Shown here piece after piece: positions 62,336 to 64,000 of a DNA stretch of 64,000 nt. Location: contig OZ116707.1 in assembly GCA_964199315.1 (NCBI GenBank), positions 2,418,001 to 2,482,000 on the forward strand, in the 5' to 3' direction. The notes beneath the pieces were generated by a model. The model had not been told where the DNA came from. It saw nothing but the letters and a program-made list of their open reading frames with translations, and made no database searches. Numbering within the stretch: position 1 is the first letter of the stretch; every line of letters starts with the position of its first letter. This DNA comes from Orbicella franksi. Its lineage: Eukaryota. The translations under genes and the position numbers were made by a program.

Positions 62336-62716
62336 ACTCAAGCCAGTCCCCCTCAAATCGCAAGCCCGCAATGTATTGTAGGCCAAATAATAAATTCACG
62401 ATACCTTGAAAAATAATTGTCAGCGCCAATGAAAAAATAATTCTCAGTACCACAAGTAAAAAATAATTCGCAGTACCAGTCAAAAATAATTTGCAGTACG
62501 AGTGAAAAAATTCATTCGTAGTACCCACAAAAAATTTGACCTGACTAAATTAAAATAATTCAGGCTGCTAAAAAAAATAAGCAAACACCTCGAAAAAGAA
62601 ATTTGTACCGCCGATGAAAATACACAGCAAGCTCGTAAAAAATAAAACATTGACTGAAAAAACTGACTTGTGGGGCAATTTTATTACTACAATTTTGACC
62701 AGAACGGGCCTCCATA
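62336..62716 (-). repeat. Right TIR of IS3EU no.2
   Basis: Reverse complement of the left TIR with scattered substitutions. Confidence 0.95.
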
Positions 62717-62722
62717 GTACCG

Positions 62723-63443
62723 TGTGGAGTTTGAAGGGAACAACCCAGAACTCTCTGGTTTCCTGGATGCCACTGTCCAGGAAATCCGAACTGAAGCAAA
62801 CACAGATCCTGAACAGAAAGCTCTGCATACTCTCATTGAAACAGGATGGCCAAATGACAAAGCCGCAGTTCCTGTCCTCGTACATCCATATTGGTCGGTC
62901 CGTCATGAACTTACCACGCACGAAGGACTCCTATATAAACAAGATCGTGTTGTCATACCTTCTTCGCTTCGACCAAGCATCCTCTATAAGCTGCATGCAG
63001 CTCATTGCGGTACTGAGTTTACTCTTAGACATGCTCATAGCTGTGTGTTCTGGCCGGGCCTCAACAGCCAAATCACAGACATGTGCACAAACTACACCAC
63101 TTGTGCACAGCATGCCCAGCAACATCCTCGAGAACCACTAAAGCCTTACCCAGTGCCCACGCTACCCTGGCAACTGGTTTCTCAAGATCTGTTTGCTCTC
63201 AATGGGTCTGCCTATTTGGTCACTGTGGACCATTACAGTGACTATTACGAACTTGATCGGCTTCCCTCCATCCAGGCCTCAGCGGTCATACAAGCAACCA
63301 AACAACACTTTGGACGTCACGGCGTTCCCCATACTCTCATCACCCACAACGGAGCTCAATTCACATCTGAGGCATTCAAAACATTTGCAGAGAAATATAA
63401 ATTTCATCACATTACCTCCTCACCTTATTGGTCTCAGTCTAAT
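62723..63443 (+). pseudogene. Gypsy integrase (Zn finger and core), truncated
   Basis: LHAAHCG...VFWPG...CTTC, VSQDLF, VTVDHYS, LITHNGAQF and SPYWSQSN, after which homology ends abruptly. Confidence 0.92.
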
Positions 63444-64000
63444 CTACCATAGGAAAATGAGCGAAAATGAATTTTCGACCCTTGCCGCGAAATTAAGAAT
63501 TTGTCTGATTTTTACTGGCAGGCACTCTTAACATGTTAACTACTCACATAAAGAAAATGCACTTATACAACATAAATCAACAAATCAAACATCGTTTTAA
63601 CAATTAATACATACTTAACAGTTATATACTTTCAATGTACAAAATTAATCAAATTATGATTTTTTTCTGTATATTTCACAGGTGTAGGCAATACCTGTGA
63701 ACACAACTGTAAATTTGATAACTATAACAAAATTTGGCGATCATCAGTGTCTAGTTAGAACAAATGGATTGACAATTGTTTGTCATTTTTATGCAAAAAA
63801 TAAACCTCTTTAAGTCACATGAACAAAGTTGTACCACTTCGAAAAATGGAAAGGACTACTTACATCCCCCTGAAAATTCAATCTGAGGAGGTAGACTTAG
63901 AATGTGTGATATCACCAATAAGAAAATCATAACATAATGACAAAAAGGGAAAAGATATCTTTCTTTTACCATATTTACTCACATATGTGCCATACATAAG

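Larger units (their letters stand above)
56978..62716 (+). mobile_element. Complete IS3EU-like DNA transposon no.2 (5739 bp)
   Basis: Termini TATGG...CCATA, 6-bp TSD GTACCG (56972-56977 and 62717-62722), ~380-bp TIRs, a transposase and a convergent HECT ORF. Confidence 0.95.
53928..63443 (+). mobile_element. Ty3/Gypsy LTR retrotransposon, interrupted by IS3EU no.2 and 3'-truncated
   Basis: LTR end TACA at 54107, PBS, then gag-PR-RT-RH-IN order. Removing 56978-62722 restores HDELVYR-VEFEGNNPEL. Confidence 0.95.

Noticed and set aside
62229-62921. ORFs duplicated at 56905-57373 and 62229-62921 as real genes
   Set aside because: They are translations of the two TIRs: low-complexity F/L-rich sequence with no coding signal.

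Overview
This window is AT-rich eukaryotic DNA with spliced genes. The SINE and MITE sequences resemble those I associate with stony corals, but that assignment is inference. I found no intact host gene; the window is an almost continuous pile of nested transposable elements. (1) A degenerate IS3EU-type DDE transposon at about 1.5-11.2 kb has a convergent, intron-containing HECT-like gene. Its transposase is split by a 6.16-kb Kolobok element with TTAA target duplications. (2) BEL/Pao gag, SGNH hydrolase and C2H2 remnants lie at 11-15 kb. (3) Four RAG1/Transib-like transposase genes are present. One (15986-19240, minus) is a two-exon gene of about 906 codons broken only by one base in an A-run, with RAG1-exact catalytic spacing and a tail-to-tail partner gene that is not RAG2-like. 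One carries a SAP domain. One is spliced in frame toward an Ulp1-like protease region. One is an N-terminal remnant. (4) Academ-like, Penelope-like, Gypsy, LINE, SINE, MITE and Mutator-like remnants are scattered through the window. (5) A Gypsy element (53.9-63.4 kb) is interrupted by a complete 5739-bp IS3EU-type element with ~380-bp TIRs and a 6-bp TSD (GTACCG); it carries a nearly intact transposase and an uninterrupted 657-aa HECT E3-ligase-like ORF. (6) A bHLH pseudogene segment is present twice, inverted and 27 kb apart. All assignments come from reading motifs by eye; no database searches were run.
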